Shown here: positions 62,765 through 64,000 of the stretch, piece after piece | Position numbering within the stretch: position 1 is the stretch's first letter | Layout of the letters: each line of letters begins with the position of its first letter | NCBI GenBank assembly: GCA_965237525.1 | Contig: CBDEFO010000008.1 | Location: forward strand, 1,312,001-1,376,000 | DNA length: 64,000 nt | From: Candidatus Latescibacterota bacterium | GTDB taxonomy: Bacteria > Latescibacterota > CBDEFO01 | Direction of reading: 5' to 3' | The notes under the pieces: model-generated | Database searches by the model: none | Seen by the model: the letters and a program-made list of their open reading frames with translations, nothing else | What the model was told of the DNA's origin: nothing | Program-made: the position numbers and the translations under genes

Positions 62765-62834
62765 GACAATAGTCCCGATCCGAGATTTGCCAGATAAGCT
62801 CCGCCCCACATCAGTCCTGAAACTCTTCCAGTAG

Positions 62835-63954
62835 TCATTGTTCTGTCTCCTCAGTAAAAACTGACTTAATCTTTCCCCACGAATTGGCCTCCACAGCGGT
62901 CGGATCAGGATACTCTGGAAGCGGAACGAAGAAAAGCCCATCAGGCCTCCCCACGTAAAGACGGGATCTATCCGGGTCTAGGGCCAGCGCAAAAACAACA
63001 CCGTGCCATTCTTCAAAGTTCAACAGTTGACTGCCCAAAGGCTGCCAGACAACTCCCCCATCAGTCGTGTAGAACACCCCCTCTGTCGTACCCGCGTAGA
63101 TAACACCAGGAGCATCTGGATCTGGCAGCAGGCAGATAGTGTTTCCCCATTGAGGAAGCCGATATTCTTCAGTATCGATCGGAGGACCATACTCGAGTCC
63201 CTCCCACGTATCTCCTTCGTCCAGACTCCGATATACGACCACCGCTCTTTCATCTCTGATTAATCCTTTGCCAGCGTAAAAGATCTTCTCGTCCGAAGAG
63301 AACGCGAAGGCCCCACTCACTATTGAAAGATCCTCCCACGTCTCACCACCATCAGTGCTCCGACGGAAAGGTACGCCGGCCTTGAAGGCAAAGATAGTAC
63401 TGCCGTTACTGGTCGCTTACGATTGCAGTCTCCCAATTACTTCCATAGTCGATACGAGGCACACACAACAAACGCCACTGGTTACCTCCATCATCTGTGC
63501 GGTAAACTCTCCCGATAGGACCCTGTGCTAACAACAATTCCGAATTAAGAGAACTTATCCATATTTCGTTCATATCTCCCCGCAGTAAACCCTGATTGAT
63601 CCCTGCCCAGTGTCTTCCTCCATCTTCGCTACGAAAGATACCCTCTCCCGAAGCTACATAGATCCGTGATGGATCGGAAGGATCAATGGCAAGGTCGCGG
63701 ATATACAGGTTTCCCAAACCCTCGTTCATCGCTTGTACTTCTCCAGTATCTACATTTATTCGAAGGACCCCGCCCACTACAAATTCTTCAATACCCACGT
63801 AGACTTTGTTCCCTCCAGATACTACTGCAACCGGTCTCACGTAATTAGTGATAATTGGACCAGACATCTGAGCCTGGATACCCGGAGCAATACCTGCTAT
63901 AACAAGTAGAATCACAGACAGAACTGTGGAGAATTCGACTATTGTTTCTTTCAT
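62835..63954 (-). pseudogene. Exported BNR/Asp-box beta-propeller protein with VEANSWGKIKS tail; split by a 1-nt insertion near 63418
   Basis: S.DGG..W repeats in both ORFs; removing one A gives IVATSNGSTIFAFKAGVPFRRSTDGGETW and joins 63406-63954 to 62835-63320. Confidence 0.8.
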
Positions 63955-64000
63955 TTCGCTTTACCTTCTTACAGGACACGCCGCGTTCTTTTCTCTTGCC

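Noticed and set aside
61922..62797. 291-aa plus-strand ORF (and similar long antisense ORFs such as 14094-14876, 56140-56775, 60918-61556)
   Set aside because: Antisense shadows of motif-supported genes, with no recognisable motifs of their own.

Overview
Bacterial chromosome window, probably FCB superphylum (Latescibacterota-like). This is inferred from FlgD-Ig 'NxPNPFNPET' C-terminal domains, a 'SWGKIKS' tail, and DUF4838/PhyH expansions. 1-23.6 kb is an intact core block: a 5'-truncated peptidase-MA/TolB/Omp85 fusion, ftsY, and a ~15-gene Wzx/Wzy surface-polysaccharide cluster with a carbamoyltransferase and a methyltransferase. 24.7-38.9 kb holds modular surface-protein genes (cohesin, dockerin-like, PKD, IPT/TIG, FN3, FlgD-Ig). 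Two near-identical 1,521-bp IS1182 copies sit at TTAA sites: the first splits a >2,400-aa adhesin-like gene, the second joins two divergent 5'-truncated genes. Then come tRNA-Arg and tRNA-Pro, an orphan nuoB-nuoG pair, ferredoxins, and an accessory region (43-64 kb) with many frameshifted or nonsense-broken genes, a tRNA-Thr 3' fragment flanked by arm-like repeats, an FG-GAP repeat protein and three tandem DUF4838 paralogs. The most unusual signal is a 21-bp imperfect palindrome, CCCCGATTGANTCTATCGGGG, at 10 loci. It is nested inside itself and other repeats, supplies the stop codon of two genes, and lies in frame inside one DUF4838 gene. All family assignments come from reading motifs by eye; no database searches were run.
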